NCBI GenBank assembly: GCA_018992565.1
Contig: JACVGW010000001.1
Location: 36,712-100,711 of the forward strand
Length of the DNA stretch: 64,000 nt
DNA from: Theionarchaea archaeon
Lineage (GTDB): Archaea > Methanobacteriota_B > Thermococci > Methanofastidiosales > SZ-28-30
Direction of reading: 5' to 3'
This document shows positions 55,966 through 64,000 of this stretch, piece by piece. Positions within the stretch are counted from its first letter, which is position 1. The number at the start of each line of letters is the position of its first letter. Under the pieces are notes generated by a model, which did not search any database, was not told where the DNA came from, and saw nothing but the letters and a program-made list of their open reading frames with translations. The position numbers and the translations under genes are program-made.

Positions 55966-56742
55966 TCAGCAGCCCGCGCCCTGAGTGCACCCTTCCTGGC
56001 AGGCATATTCACCCATGGTTAGAGGTTCTGCTTTCACAGTAGCCCACCTCAAGAATTTCTCGACTGCGCCTTCCATCTTCTCGCCAGTGTTCCTCGTATA
56101 CATAATTCCTCCCCTGGTGAGAGGCACAAATTCCCAGGGATGGAAGTAGATGGCCAGGTAATTGCTCTTCAATGCCAAGGTGACAATCTTGGCATATGAC
56201 ACGCCCAACTGCCTGAACCACACCCATGACAGAGGGAGACGTGCAAGAGGGGAAACACTCACTGGAATTTCGAGGACTCCCTCCTGAGAGAAGGGAATTC
56301 TGGGCTCACCAAGATGGTTGTAGCGTCCCGGTACAAGGGTTGGATGAAGTGAGCTCGAATACAGAAAGCCTGCACTCTTTAAAACGGCATATGAAGGAGG
56401 CCTCATCCGGGGTGCACGAAATCCAGCCACCTGATTGGTTATCCCTTTCTCCAGCTTTTCTTTTCCAGTGCGAAGCCTTTCGAGGGCATCTTCTGCAGAC
56501 ATGGACTGATAGTCGTCTCCATGAGACAGCCCATGAAACGCAATTTCGTGCTCGTCCGAAAGCTCTGCAACAAATTCGGAGTATCTGCTGTAAAATGATC
56601 CAGTGACAAAAAAGGTAGCCCGTACCTCGGTCCTTCTCAATAGGTCACGCACAACCTGCCCTCCCCTGTATCCTATCTCAAATCCATCTTCTCCTGCTTT
56701 ATCGTATTCTTCTAGATCAAAACTCAAGAGTAATGTATTCAT
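55966..56742 (-). CDS. Polysaccharide deacetylase (NodB-homology, EPS-locus type)
   Basis: Blocks LLLSFDLEEYD...ATFFVTG...HEIAFHGLSH are present. The start was set at the ATG that overlaps the upstream stop (ATGA). Confidence 0.7.
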   Translation of the reverse strand: MNTLLLSFDLEEYDKAGEDGFEIGYRGGQVVRDLLRRTEVRATFFVTGSFYSRYSEFVAELSDEHEIAFHGLSHGDDYQSMSAEDALERLRTGKEKLEKGITNQVAGFRAPRMRPPSYAVLKSAGFLYSSSLHPTLVPGRYNHLGEPRIPFSQEGVLEIPVSVSPLARLPLSWVWFRQLGVSYAKIVTLALKSNYLAIYFHPWEFVPLTRGGIMYTRNTGEKMEGAVEKFLRWATVKAEPLTMGEYACQEGCTQGAGC

Positions 56743-57581
56743 TGTTTCACCCCGATTATTGAGAAATTCCACGAAATCAAAGCAGGTTCAGTCTTGATTC
56801 CTAGTGAATATGGTTCAAAGACACTGTATAATTCTCTATCTGTGAAGACATGCAAATACTTCTCAGATATGAAATACAGGTCACGTATTTCTGCCAAAGT
56901 GGGGACTTTCTTTCTTCGGAGAGTAAATCTCGTGAGATGCAAAATGAATTTGACAATTCTTGCGGATTTCCCCATTGTATGCGAAAAGGGGTTATAGGAA
57001 AGCAGGGCCAGCCCGCTCAACACGAAGAATGCGCCTGCCAACAGAGGGGAGAAAATAAACCCTGCAACACCCAGAATCCCGCACCCTAGAGAACTTGCAG
57101 ACCACAGCACAAGATGCCCCCTGTTCCGCAGCTCTTTAGCGACGAAAGAACCTCCTTTCTTCAGCACTCTGTCTATTTCCTTGATAGTCCCTTCAAGGAC
57201 CTCTTCCGGTATCACAGACAAGAAGTAATCAGATAACACAAAATCAAAGCTTCCATCTTCAAAGGGGAGGTAGTCTCCCCTGCAGCAGATCACCTCGTTC
57301 CCTCTGGAAATGGCCATTTCCAGCATGCCAGGGGAGAGATCGATGCCACATACCCACGCCTGAGGCTTGAATTGCTTGATCAGCTCCATGAAGGACCCAT
57401 TCGTCACTCCCATCACCAAGATGCGGGATGTCTCATCGGGTATGAGACTGTTGTAGTAGGAGTCCCAGGCCCACTGTGGGTTTACTGTGGCAATGTCTTT
57501 CCAGTACCTGGATGCGACCTCCCAGTACACTGCCTGGGGCTGTTCAGCTAAGGGGGCTTTAGATGCCAAGTTTTTTCCCAA
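56739..57581 (-). CDS. Methyltransferase-like protein with C-terminal TM helices
   Basis: A class I MTase-like core (ILVMGVTNGS...CGIDLSPGML...FDFVLSDYFL...LKKGGSF) is followed by two hydrophobic helices. Motif I is atypical. Confidence 0.5.
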   Translation of the reverse strand: MGKNLASKAPLAEQPQAVYWEVASRYWKDIATVNPQWAWDSYYNSLIPDETSRILVMGVTNGSFMELIKQFKPQAWVCGIDLSPGMLEMAISRGNEVICCRGDYLPFEDGSFDFVLSDYFLSVIPEEVLEGTIKEIDRVLKKGGSFVAKELRNRGHLVLWSASSLGCGILGVAGFIFSPLLAGAFFVLSGLALLSYNPFSHTMGKSARIVKFILHLTRFTLRRKKVPTLAEIRDLYFISEKYLHVFTDRELYSVFEPYSLGIKTEPALISWNFSIIGVKQ

Positions 57582-58254
57582 TCCGCTCTCCCCACCTATC
57601 GAGAGGGGCCAGATTTAGAAGGACAACCAGCACCATGAAGGCAGCGAACCAGTACACCAGTTCATGCATCAAGGGATCCCTTCCCAAGAAATAGGATACA
57701 TGATAGACCCAAGAAGCAACCTCCGAATAGGGGAATCCCCATCTCAGGTGGAATATAGTCTGGAAGATGAAGATGTTGAGGCAGGAGAAGTAGACGAGCA
57801 GCCCTGAAAACACGATCTTCAATGTTTTTGCTGTAGACCCACCACCCATTCTGAAGGCCAGTGATACACCAAATATGATGGATGGAAACAACATGACATA
57901 GAACGCGTTCCACAATTCGTTGATGAAGTAGTGTCGATCCTGGTTGAACTCTGGAATGAATGTCTCTTCAAAGGCTTCATCCGGATAGGTTCCGAACCAT
58001 CCCCACGACAGAGCATTCTCATAAGGCACCAGGAATGCAAAGAGCAGCAAGACAATCAGAATGTACTTATATTTCCAGGTGTTGGGAAAAAACGCAACAG
58101 CAAGTCCCATGAATATCAAAGCAAAAAGCTTGGGCAGAAAGACACCCAGGGATATAACCTCTCTGGTATGTGGCGTAAATAACAGCATGTACCCTCCTAT
58201 GGATACTGCCAGGATTCCGAATATGAGCCATAACCATTTTCTGATAGGCAACAT
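57559..58254 (-). CDS. Polytopic membrane protein, function unknown
   Basis: 231 aa with about six hydrophobic helices. It is the first gene of the minus-strand run and overlaps the next gene by 23 nt. Confidence 0.5.
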   Translation of the reverse strand: MLPIRKWLWLIFGILAVSIGGYMLLFTPHTREVISLGVFLPKLFALIFMGLAVAFFPNTWKYKYILIVLLLFAFLVPYENALSWGWFGTYPDEAFEETFIPEFNQDRHYFINELWNAFYVMLFPSIIFGVSLAFRMGGGSTAKTLKIVFSGLLVYFSCLNIFIFQTIFHLRWGFPYSEVASWVYHVSYFLGRDPLMHELVYWFAAFMVLVVLLNLAPLDRWGERIGKKLGI

Positions 58255-58674
58255 AGATTCACCTCAGCCTTTCTCTCAAAGTGAGTTTATAAACTTTTCC
58301 ATGTTGATAACTGAGATATGCTGCTTTTTGAGATTTTCCGAAAGGGAATTTCCTTCAATGTGGTTTTTTGAACAGACCAGTAGATTTCTGCGTACATTAC
58401 GGGTGGGTCACTGGTATCCAGACACTCCAGGAAATGCTGGCAATAGCCCAGGGTCTGTTTGTCAATCTAGTCAGCTTTGGCGCCACCTAGACTTTTTCTG
58501 CAAATTACAGAGATGATCTCTGGATGGATGGACATACCTGGCTGACTCCACACTCCAAGCTTCAGGATAACCTTTAAGACTGCATAAACAAAGTAATTGT
58601 ATCCAGATACTACCTTGAATTGAACGTCATGCAGAGGTGATTCAATAAGAGTACGCCGAGCTACCCTTGAAGAT

Positions 58675-59403
58675 GTGGTAAAATTTCACCTGTTATTTAA
58701 AAAGGCATACTGTAATCACTCGCTATATCACGTCAGAACTCCAGAATTCTACCAGCAGCTCTTGATCAAGAGACCTAATGTCGGACTGAAGAACATTCTA
58801 GTAGCAGAGAGAGAAAATGGGCTGACAGGATTTGCGGCATTCGGAGTCAAAGACCTTGGCTCTGCAACGATTATTTCTATCTACGAAGTGTCAACCACGG
58901 ATGAAGAGTCATTTCATGCCCTGATGTCTGGAATTCAGCACATTGGAACAGAGAAAAGATGTGCCTACCTGGAAACAATGGCCCCTCCACAGGGCAACCT
59001 CGCCTCCCAGCTGACTGAAGAGGGGTATTCAAGGATCAAGGATATGATTACCATGGGTTACCCCATTACGGTCAGGAGAATTCTCAACCTCTTTGTTGAA
59101 AGAGCTCTCTCAAAGGGAATGTTCAGAAAGAATGTAAAGATAGCTTTTGATGTTAATGGGGAGCATATCGTTCTCACACTGCCTGAAGGCACGCTTGAGA
59201 ATGGAACTGAGGGGGACCTGTTGATTCAGACTTCTGCGTGCGTATTGCTGGAACTCCTCTTCAGGAGAGCTGGAATCTTAATATCACTCATCAAGGGAAA
59301 AGTGGTCGTAAGGCCGTTGCGATGTATAGTGTCTGCTCGTGAAGTGATTGAGTACCTGGCCGAAGAAGTAAGAGCAATTACTCCCTACACGGAATTGACT
59401 TGA
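58675..59403 (+). CDS. GNAT-type acetyltransferase with possible SCP2-like C-terminal domain (Eis-like)
   Basis: The open frame upstream of GTG 58675 encodes IRVRRATLEDV, a typical GNAT N-terminus. GAGGTGA + 4 nt precedes an ATA codon at 58645, so the true start may be a mutated or non-canonical codon. Confidence 0.45.
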   Translation: MVKFHLLFKKAYCNHSLYHVRTPEFYQQLLIKRPNVGLKNILVAERENGLTGFAAFGVKDLGSATIISIYEVSTTDEESFHALMSGIQHIGTEKRCAYLETMAPPQGNLASQLTEEGYSRIKDMITMGYPITVRRILNLFVERALSKGMFRKNVKIAFDVNGEHIVLTLPEGTLENGTEGDLLIQTSACVLLELLFRRAGILISLIKGKVVVRPLRCIVSAREVIEYLAEEVRAITPYTELT

Positions 59404-59528
59404 CTCATTTTTCCTCAACGTTGCACGTTTCGCCCGGCCCGACAATCTGTTTTATTTTCAGCCAAAGAACCCGAAAACCTTAAATACCCATGGATCGAGA
59501 AAAACAAGAAGTATAAGGAGGAAAGTAA

Positions 59529-60806
59529 ATGCATAGAATTCAAAAATGGATCCTCGTAGTGACAATTTCTTCAATTATGGTAATCTCAGGTATTTCCAGC
59601 GCTTCTGTTGTGAGAGAATCCCAGATAACTACCAATACTAACACTCAATGGCGTCCTTCCGTCTGGGGGAAGTACATTGTGTGGCAGGATCAGAGAAATG
59701 GGAATGCTGATATCTATGGCTATGATCTTACAACGGGGGCTGAATTCTCTATATGCACTAATGTATTCAACCAGGAACACCCTTCAATATATGGAAGTAC
59801 TGTTGTTTGGTATGACTGGAGAAATGGAAATGCTGATGTCTACGGATACGACCTCTCCACAGGAACTGAGTTTCCCATCTGCACCAATGTAAATAATCAA
59901 CGCCTGCCCATAATCTATGGTACATATGTCGTGTGGAACGACTGGAGGAATGGCAACTGGGATATCTACGGATACGACCTCTCCACAGGAACTGAGTTTC
60001 CCATCTGCACCAATACTGCCCACCAGTATTTTCCCAATGTGGGTAGCGGAATAGCAGTTTGGTGGGATGAGAGAAACGGCATTGGCAACTGGGATATCTA
60101 CGGATATGATATATCTACAGGGACAGAATTCCCGATTTGCCTGAATCCAGGTAACCAGGGATATCCTGTGACCCACAACAATGTGGTGGCATGGATTGAT
60201 GACCGAAATGGCAACTGGGATATCTACGGATATGATGTATCTACAGGGACAGAATTTCCTGTATGCACCAATACCTCTGACCAGTTCCGTCCGTGGGTCT
60301 TCAACGATGTCATTGTGTGGTTTGATATGCGGAATGGAAACCAGGACATTTATGGATATCAAATGTCAAGCGGTACAGAATTCCAGATTACAACCAACAC
60401 AGGCGACCAGAGACATCCCAAGATCCAGTGCAACTATGTAGTATGGCATGACAGGAGAGATGGAAACTACAACATATACCTTGCTGAGCTAGACATCAAT
60501 GAATGCGGAGGACAACCTACATTCCTTTATCGTCCCGTGGACTACAATAGTCCGATGAGGTCTCTTGCTTCAACGCGAATTTCGGAAGTGCAGGGATTAC
60601 TGGAAGAACTGCAGAATACGTGTGAAAAACTGAAAGAGAATGATGATCCTCTGTACGAGAGATGCTGCGTGGACAGACTGGACGAAGCACAAAAGTACCT
60701 GGAGAAGGCTGAGACGTTATTCATGAGCGGTAACTACATTGCGGCAAACTACTGGGCACTCAAGGCATTGGAAATCCTGCAGGAAGCCAAAGACTGCTGC
60801 TCATAA
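59529..60806 (+). CDS. Secreted protein with about 6.5 tandem 42-aa beta-propeller-type repeats and helical C-terminal domain
   Basis: It has a signal peptide. Repeats follow W.D.RNGN.DIYGYDLSTGTEFPICTN...Q..P......VVW. SD AGGAGG lies 7 nt upstream of the ATG. Confidence 0.65.
   Translation: MHRIQKWILVVTISSIMVISGISSASVVRESQITTNTNTQWRPSVWGKYIVWQDQRNGNADIYGYDLTTGAEFSICTNVFNQEHPSIYGSTVVWYDWRNGNADVYGYDLSTGTEFPICTNVNNQRLPIIYGTYVVWNDWRNGNWDIYGYDLSTGTEFPICTNTAHQYFPNVGSGIAVWWDERNGIGNWDIYGYDISTGTEFPICLNPGNQGYPVTHNNVVAWIDDRNGNWDIYGYDVSTGTEFPVCTNTSDQFRPWVFNDVIVWFDMRNGNQDIYGYQMSSGTEFQITTNTGDQRHPKIQCNYVVWHDRRDGNYNIYLAELDINECGGQPTFLYRPVDYNSPMRSLASTRISEVQGLLEELQNTCEKLKENDDPLYERCCVDRLDEAQKYLEKAETLFMSGNYIAANYWALKALEILQEAKDCCS
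59839..60014 (+). repeat. Intragenic tandem repeat with a perfect 50-nt copy at 126-nt offset
   Basis: TCTACGGATACGACCTCTCCACAGGAACTGAGTTTCCCATCTGCACCAAT occurs at 59839-59888 and again at 59965-60014. A second near-identical pair lies at 60084-60130 and 60210-60256. Confidence 0.85.
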
Positions 60807-61095
60807 TAAATCCTTCTTTTTCTCTTTCATCATATTTACGGCTTCTATTTACATTGTTAATTCTCGGATATCTGTGTGTCAGCTCTATTGTTGGTTTACC
60901 CGTGTGTGGAACGTAATGTGATACTGCTTTGTTCTCCCTTATCATTCATATGATAGACATCACAATACCTTGCTCGCATCTGGACAGCACAGGTTCTTCT
61001 CTGCCTCCTAATTACTGCCCATGGCTCAAAAATACAGTCAATCCATGAATTGAAAACAAACATTTTTAAGCATTACTCAAGTTAAGGTGATCCAC

Positions 61096-62364
61096 ATGCT
61101 TCCCAGAATGGTATTGTACGGACTAAAAGCCTATGCAATGCAGTGGAAATCTCCCAGAGCTATCGAGAAATTCCAAGAGAAAGAGCTGAGGTACATTGTA
61201 TCTCATGCATACAGGAACTCCTCCTTCTACAGACACAAATTCAGAGAACATGGAGTAGGGCCCGATGATATACAGACAATTGATGACTTGAGGAAGTTGC
61301 CAACTGTGAGCAAGAGAGAACTCATTGACAACTTCTCTGACGTGATAAGCAAGGGATTCAGAGAAGAAGCCTGCACAGTGGAGTCTACTTCTGGTTCTAC
61401 AGGAGAAAACATGACAATCCTCCATGACCAGAGAGCTATTGACTACTACGCTCCCGCTCACATTCGAGGACACTTGGCCGTAGGGTTGAGACCCCAGTAC
61501 AAGACAGCATACATACGGTACAAGTCCATGGGGCCGAGCCTCATTGAGAGGCTTGGATTTTTCAGATTCTGCCACATTCCATCAGATCTCCCTCCAGCAG
61601 CCATCATTGAGCGCATGAAGGAAATCAAAGCCTTCGCCATAAATTGCTATCCAAATACCATGTACCTGATTGCAAAGGAAATATCTCAGGAAGATGCTGA
61701 ATATCTGTCACCTCATCACATAGTGACCTGGTCGGAGAAACTCACTCCAAGGATTAGAAAGACTGTTGAGGAAACCTTTGGCTGCCCTGTGTACGATCAG
61801 TACGGTGCTTTTGAGTGTCATTCCATCGCATTTGAATGTAAGGAAAAAAGAATGCATATCAATGCGGATGTTTTGATAATGGAGTTTCTGAAAGACGGAG
61901 AACCTGTGGCTCCGGGAGAGCGAGGCGAGATAGTCATCACCAATTTATGGGACAGGGCAATGCCGTTCATTCGATACAGAATCGGAGACATCGGAGGACC
62001 ATCAGATGAAACATGCGAATGTGGCCGCGGGCTGCCATTGATGGAGGAACTTGAAGGACGCACAGACGATTCTCTGGTGACTGTTTCAGGAAAGCCAGTC
62101 TTACCCAGTATCGTTGTTCCAATCTTCTTTCCTTACCCTGAAATAGACGCCTTCCAAGTAGTCCAGGCGACAAAAAAAGATATACGAATCAAGATCGTGA
62201 AGGGAAAAAACTACAGAGAAGACATTGACAGGGAAATTCTCCGGAAATTCAGAGATATTTTTGGTGATGAACCTGATATTCGCATAGAATACGTAGAAGA
62301 AATCAAGAAGACACCGGGAGGCAAACTGCGGTGTATTGTGAGCGAGGTGCCTCAATGCTTCTGA
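61096..62364 (+). CDS. Phenylacetate-CoA ligase / CapK / F390-synthetase-like adenylate-forming enzyme, paralogue 1
   Basis: The N-terminus is ...HAYRNSSFYRHKFREHGVGPDDIQTIDDLRKLPTVSKRELIDN, with STSGSTGE and RYRIGDIG...CECGRGLP. The ATG follows AGGTGATCCAC. Confidence 0.7.
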   Translation: MLPRMVLYGLKAYAMQWKSPRAIEKFQEKELRYIVSHAYRNSSFYRHKFREHGVGPDDIQTIDDLRKLPTVSKRELIDNFSDVISKGFREEACTVESTSGSTGENMTILHDQRAIDYYAPAHIRGHLAVGLRPQYKTAYIRYKSMGPSLIERLGFFRFCHIPSDLPPAAIIERMKEIKAFAINCYPNTMYLIAKEISQEDAEYLSPHHIVTWSEKLTPRIRKTVEETFGCPVYDQYGAFECHSIAFECKEKRMHINADVLIMEFLKDGEPVAPGERGEIVITNLWDRAMPFIRYRIGDIGGPSDETCECGRGLPLMEELEGRTDDSLVTVSGKPVLPSIVVPIFFPYPEIDAFQVVQATKKDIRIKIVKGKNYREDIDREILRKFRDIFGDEPDIRIEYVEEIKKTPGGKLRCIVSEVPQCF

Positions 62365-63638
62365 ATTTGCCATATCACGTCTTGATGGCACTGAAGAACC
62401 AGTACGCCAGCCCAGAGTACTTGAAAAAATGGCAGCAAAAACGCTTGAAACACATGATAGAACATGCCTACAGGAACACTCGGTTCTACCACCAGAAATT
62501 CAGAGAGGCAGGGATACATCCTCATGACATTCAAGGATTGAGCGACATGCAGAAGATCCCTCTCATCAGCAAGGATGAAGTGCGCAACCAAGGTGCTGAT
62601 TCACTGGTGGCACAGGGATACGATGAAAGGAATTGCGAAGTCCACTACACCTCAGGATCTTCGGGGAAGATGCTGAGAATACTGTATGACTCTGAAAATC
62701 ATCTGTATGAGAGTGCTATTGCATACCGATACCACCTGGGCCAGGGAGTGAGACCATGGCACAGATACTACCTCATTCTTCACGATGAGAAAGAGCTCCA
62801 GGATACTCGAAAGAGGTCAATCTTGCATCGAACCATGGGTGTCGCAGGGGACCTGCCTGATGAAGAAAAAATCAGACTTGCTCAGGACTACAACCCCCAT
62901 GTAATGGGAGGACACCTTTCCAGCCTCATTTCCATGGGAAAGATAATGGAAACCCAACAGATAGACAGCATACGACCCAGAATTTTGATTGTAGGAGGAG
63001 AATTGTCACTTCCTGCTCATCGGAGATATGTTGAGCGCGTTTTTGGAGGAGCTACCTACGACAAGTATGGTGCTTTTGAGGTAAAATCAATTGCTTGGGA
63101 ATGCCGGCACCACACTATGCATATGGATGCAGATTCTGTGATGGTAGAGTTCCTGAAAGATGGAGAACCTGTTGCTCCTGGGGAGCGAGGTGAGGTGGTG
63201 GTGACCAGTTTGTGGAATAAGGCTATGCCCTTCATCCGGTACAGACTGGGGGATATTGGAGTACCGTCTGACAAGGTCTGCGAATGCGGGAGGACTCTTC
63301 CTGCAATGGAGATTATTGAAGGGAGACTGGATGACTTCATCGTCCTTCCTTCAGGAGCTTTTATCCCGCCTGGAGCTGTGGTGCCCCTGTTTCTTTCTGT
63401 GACGCAGGTCGATCAATTCAAAATAGTGCAGGACAAGAAAGACTCAATCAGGGTACAGATCAGGCCGGGTCAGGGATACACTCACGAAATAGAACAGGGG
63501 TTAATTCAGAAAATGAAGGAGGTTCTGGGCGAACCTGTTCATATTGATGTTGAACACGTTGAAAGCATTGAGCAGATAGCCAGAGGCAAATTCAGAGCCG
63601 TCATCTCTCACGTTGGCGTAGATTTATCACATCTGTGA
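62355..63638 (+). CDS. Phenylacetate-CoA ligase / CapK-like adenylate-forming enzyme, paralogue 2
   Basis: HAYRNTRFYHQKFREAGIHPHDIQGLSDMQKIPLISKDEV, TSGSSGK and RYRLGDIG...CECGRTLP are present. The ATG follows GAGGTGCCTCA and overlaps paralogue 1 by 10 nt. Confidence 0.7.
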   Translation: MLLNLPYHVLMALKNQYASPEYLKKWQQKRLKHMIEHAYRNTRFYHQKFREAGIHPHDIQGLSDMQKIPLISKDEVRNQGADSLVAQGYDERNCEVHYTSGSSGKMLRILYDSENHLYESAIAYRYHLGQGVRPWHRYYLILHDEKELQDTRKRSILHRTMGVAGDLPDEEKIRLAQDYNPHVMGGHLSSLISMGKIMETQQIDSIRPRILIVGGELSLPAHRRYVERVFGGATYDKYGAFEVKSIAWECRHHTMHMDADSVMVEFLKDGEPVAPGERGEVVVTSLWNKAMPFIRYRLGDIGVPSDKVCECGRTLPAMEIIEGRLDDFIVLPSGAFIPPGAVVPLFLSVTQVDQFKIVQDKKDSIRVQIRPGQGYTHEIEQGLIQKMKEVLGEPVHIDVEHVESIEQIARGKFRAVISHVGVDLSHL

Positions 63639-63779
63639 ATGAGAAAGTTGTTCTGAGATGTTCTCAAAGCACGAAAAATTAGATTCATTCGTCGAAAAAC
63701 GTCAAATAAACACTATTTCCTTCTGTAGCACTTTAGGCTGATCTGATGGAAGGAAAAGTTTATTAGTTCTCATCAACTC

Positions 63780-64000
63780 ATGTTTGTTATGTTCCTGAAA
63801 GATCTGTATTACCTGGGAAATTCATGGAGGACTCCCAGAAAGCCGTTTCACACTGTGGAAAAATATCAGCTCAAGATGTTAAAGGCTGCAGTGCGACATG
63901 CCTATAGACATTCAGCTTTTTACCATGAGAAGTTCAGGAGAGCAGGAGTTGGTCCAGAGGACATTACCTGTCTGAAGGACATTGAAAAGCTCCCTTTCAC
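63780..64000 (+). CDS. Phenylacetate-CoA ligase / CapK-like adenylate-forming enzyme, paralogue 3 (3' end outside the window)
   Basis: My own translation is MFVMFLKDLYYLGNSWRTPRKPFHTVEKYQLKMLKAAVRHAYRHSAFYHEKFRRAGVGPEDITCLKDIEKLPF. It is open to the window end and has the same N-terminal pattern as the two upstream genes. Confidence 0.6.
   Translation, partial: MFVMFLKDLYYLGNSWRTPRKPFHTVEKYQLKMLKAAVRHAYRHSAFYHEKFRRAGVGPEDITCLKDIEKLPF

Noticed and set aside
59586-60441. Regularly spaced ~126-nt DNA repeats that could be mistaken for a CRISPR-like or satellite array, plus antisense ORF 59784-60362
   Set aside because: The period is 42 codons of a continuous ORF with a signal peptide. The 'spacers' are conserved at protein level, so these are protein repeats and not a CRISPR array.
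1-64000. Search for tRNA, rRNA, CRISPR arrays, transposases, integrases and prophage genes
   Set aside because: None was recognised by eye in any intergenic region or ORF translation. Short structured RNAs cannot be excluded without covariance-model scans.

Overview
This is an archaeal chromosomal window. The archaeal markers are Alba, ribosomal protein eL41, archaemetzincin, an HTH_10/Bat-type regulator, DUF835 and KaiC-like proteins, and GGAGGTGA-type Shine-Dalgarno leaders. It is probably a methanogen-related euryarchaeote, but that is inference only. All calls come from reading the ORF translations and DNA by eye. No homology search was run, so family names are motif-level assignments. 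I recognised no rRNA, tRNA, CRISPR array, transposase or integrase.

Layout:
- 0-9.5 kb: two V4R proteins, a HEAT-repeat protein, a HerA/FtsK-type ATPase convergent with a PUA-like EVE gene, a condensation-type (HHxxxDG) acyltransferase and an OPT transporter.
- 10-15 kb: a tightly coupled operon of a 7TM/Cys-rich/DUF835 sensor, archaemetzincin and a radical SAM gene. It is followed by an ABC ATPase remnant, a permease and a second radical SAM gene.
- 15-20 kb: DRTGG/Pta-like protein, acetyl-CoA synthetase and an orphan GcvH.
- 20-30 kb: four tandem CBS-domain genes, two head-to-head Trk K+ uptake pairs, a CYTH enzyme and a KH+PP-loop fusion.
- 33.6-42.2 kb: the most system-like novelty. A 908-aa ParB-fold + wHTH + ATP-cone protein, a two-domain KaiC-like ATPase and an FG-GAP/TPR/TM/DUF835 receptor are followed in the same direction by ThiI-like and Nnr genes.
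- 46.7-64 kb: a surface-decoration island. It holds a GT2, four FemAB-like paralogues (one with a lost start codon), an independently transcribed secreted protein with about 34 Cys (mostly T-C dipeptides), a deacetylase, a membrane methyltransferase, a GNAT, a 42-aa-repeat propeller protein and three tandem PaaK/CapK-like adenylating enzymes.
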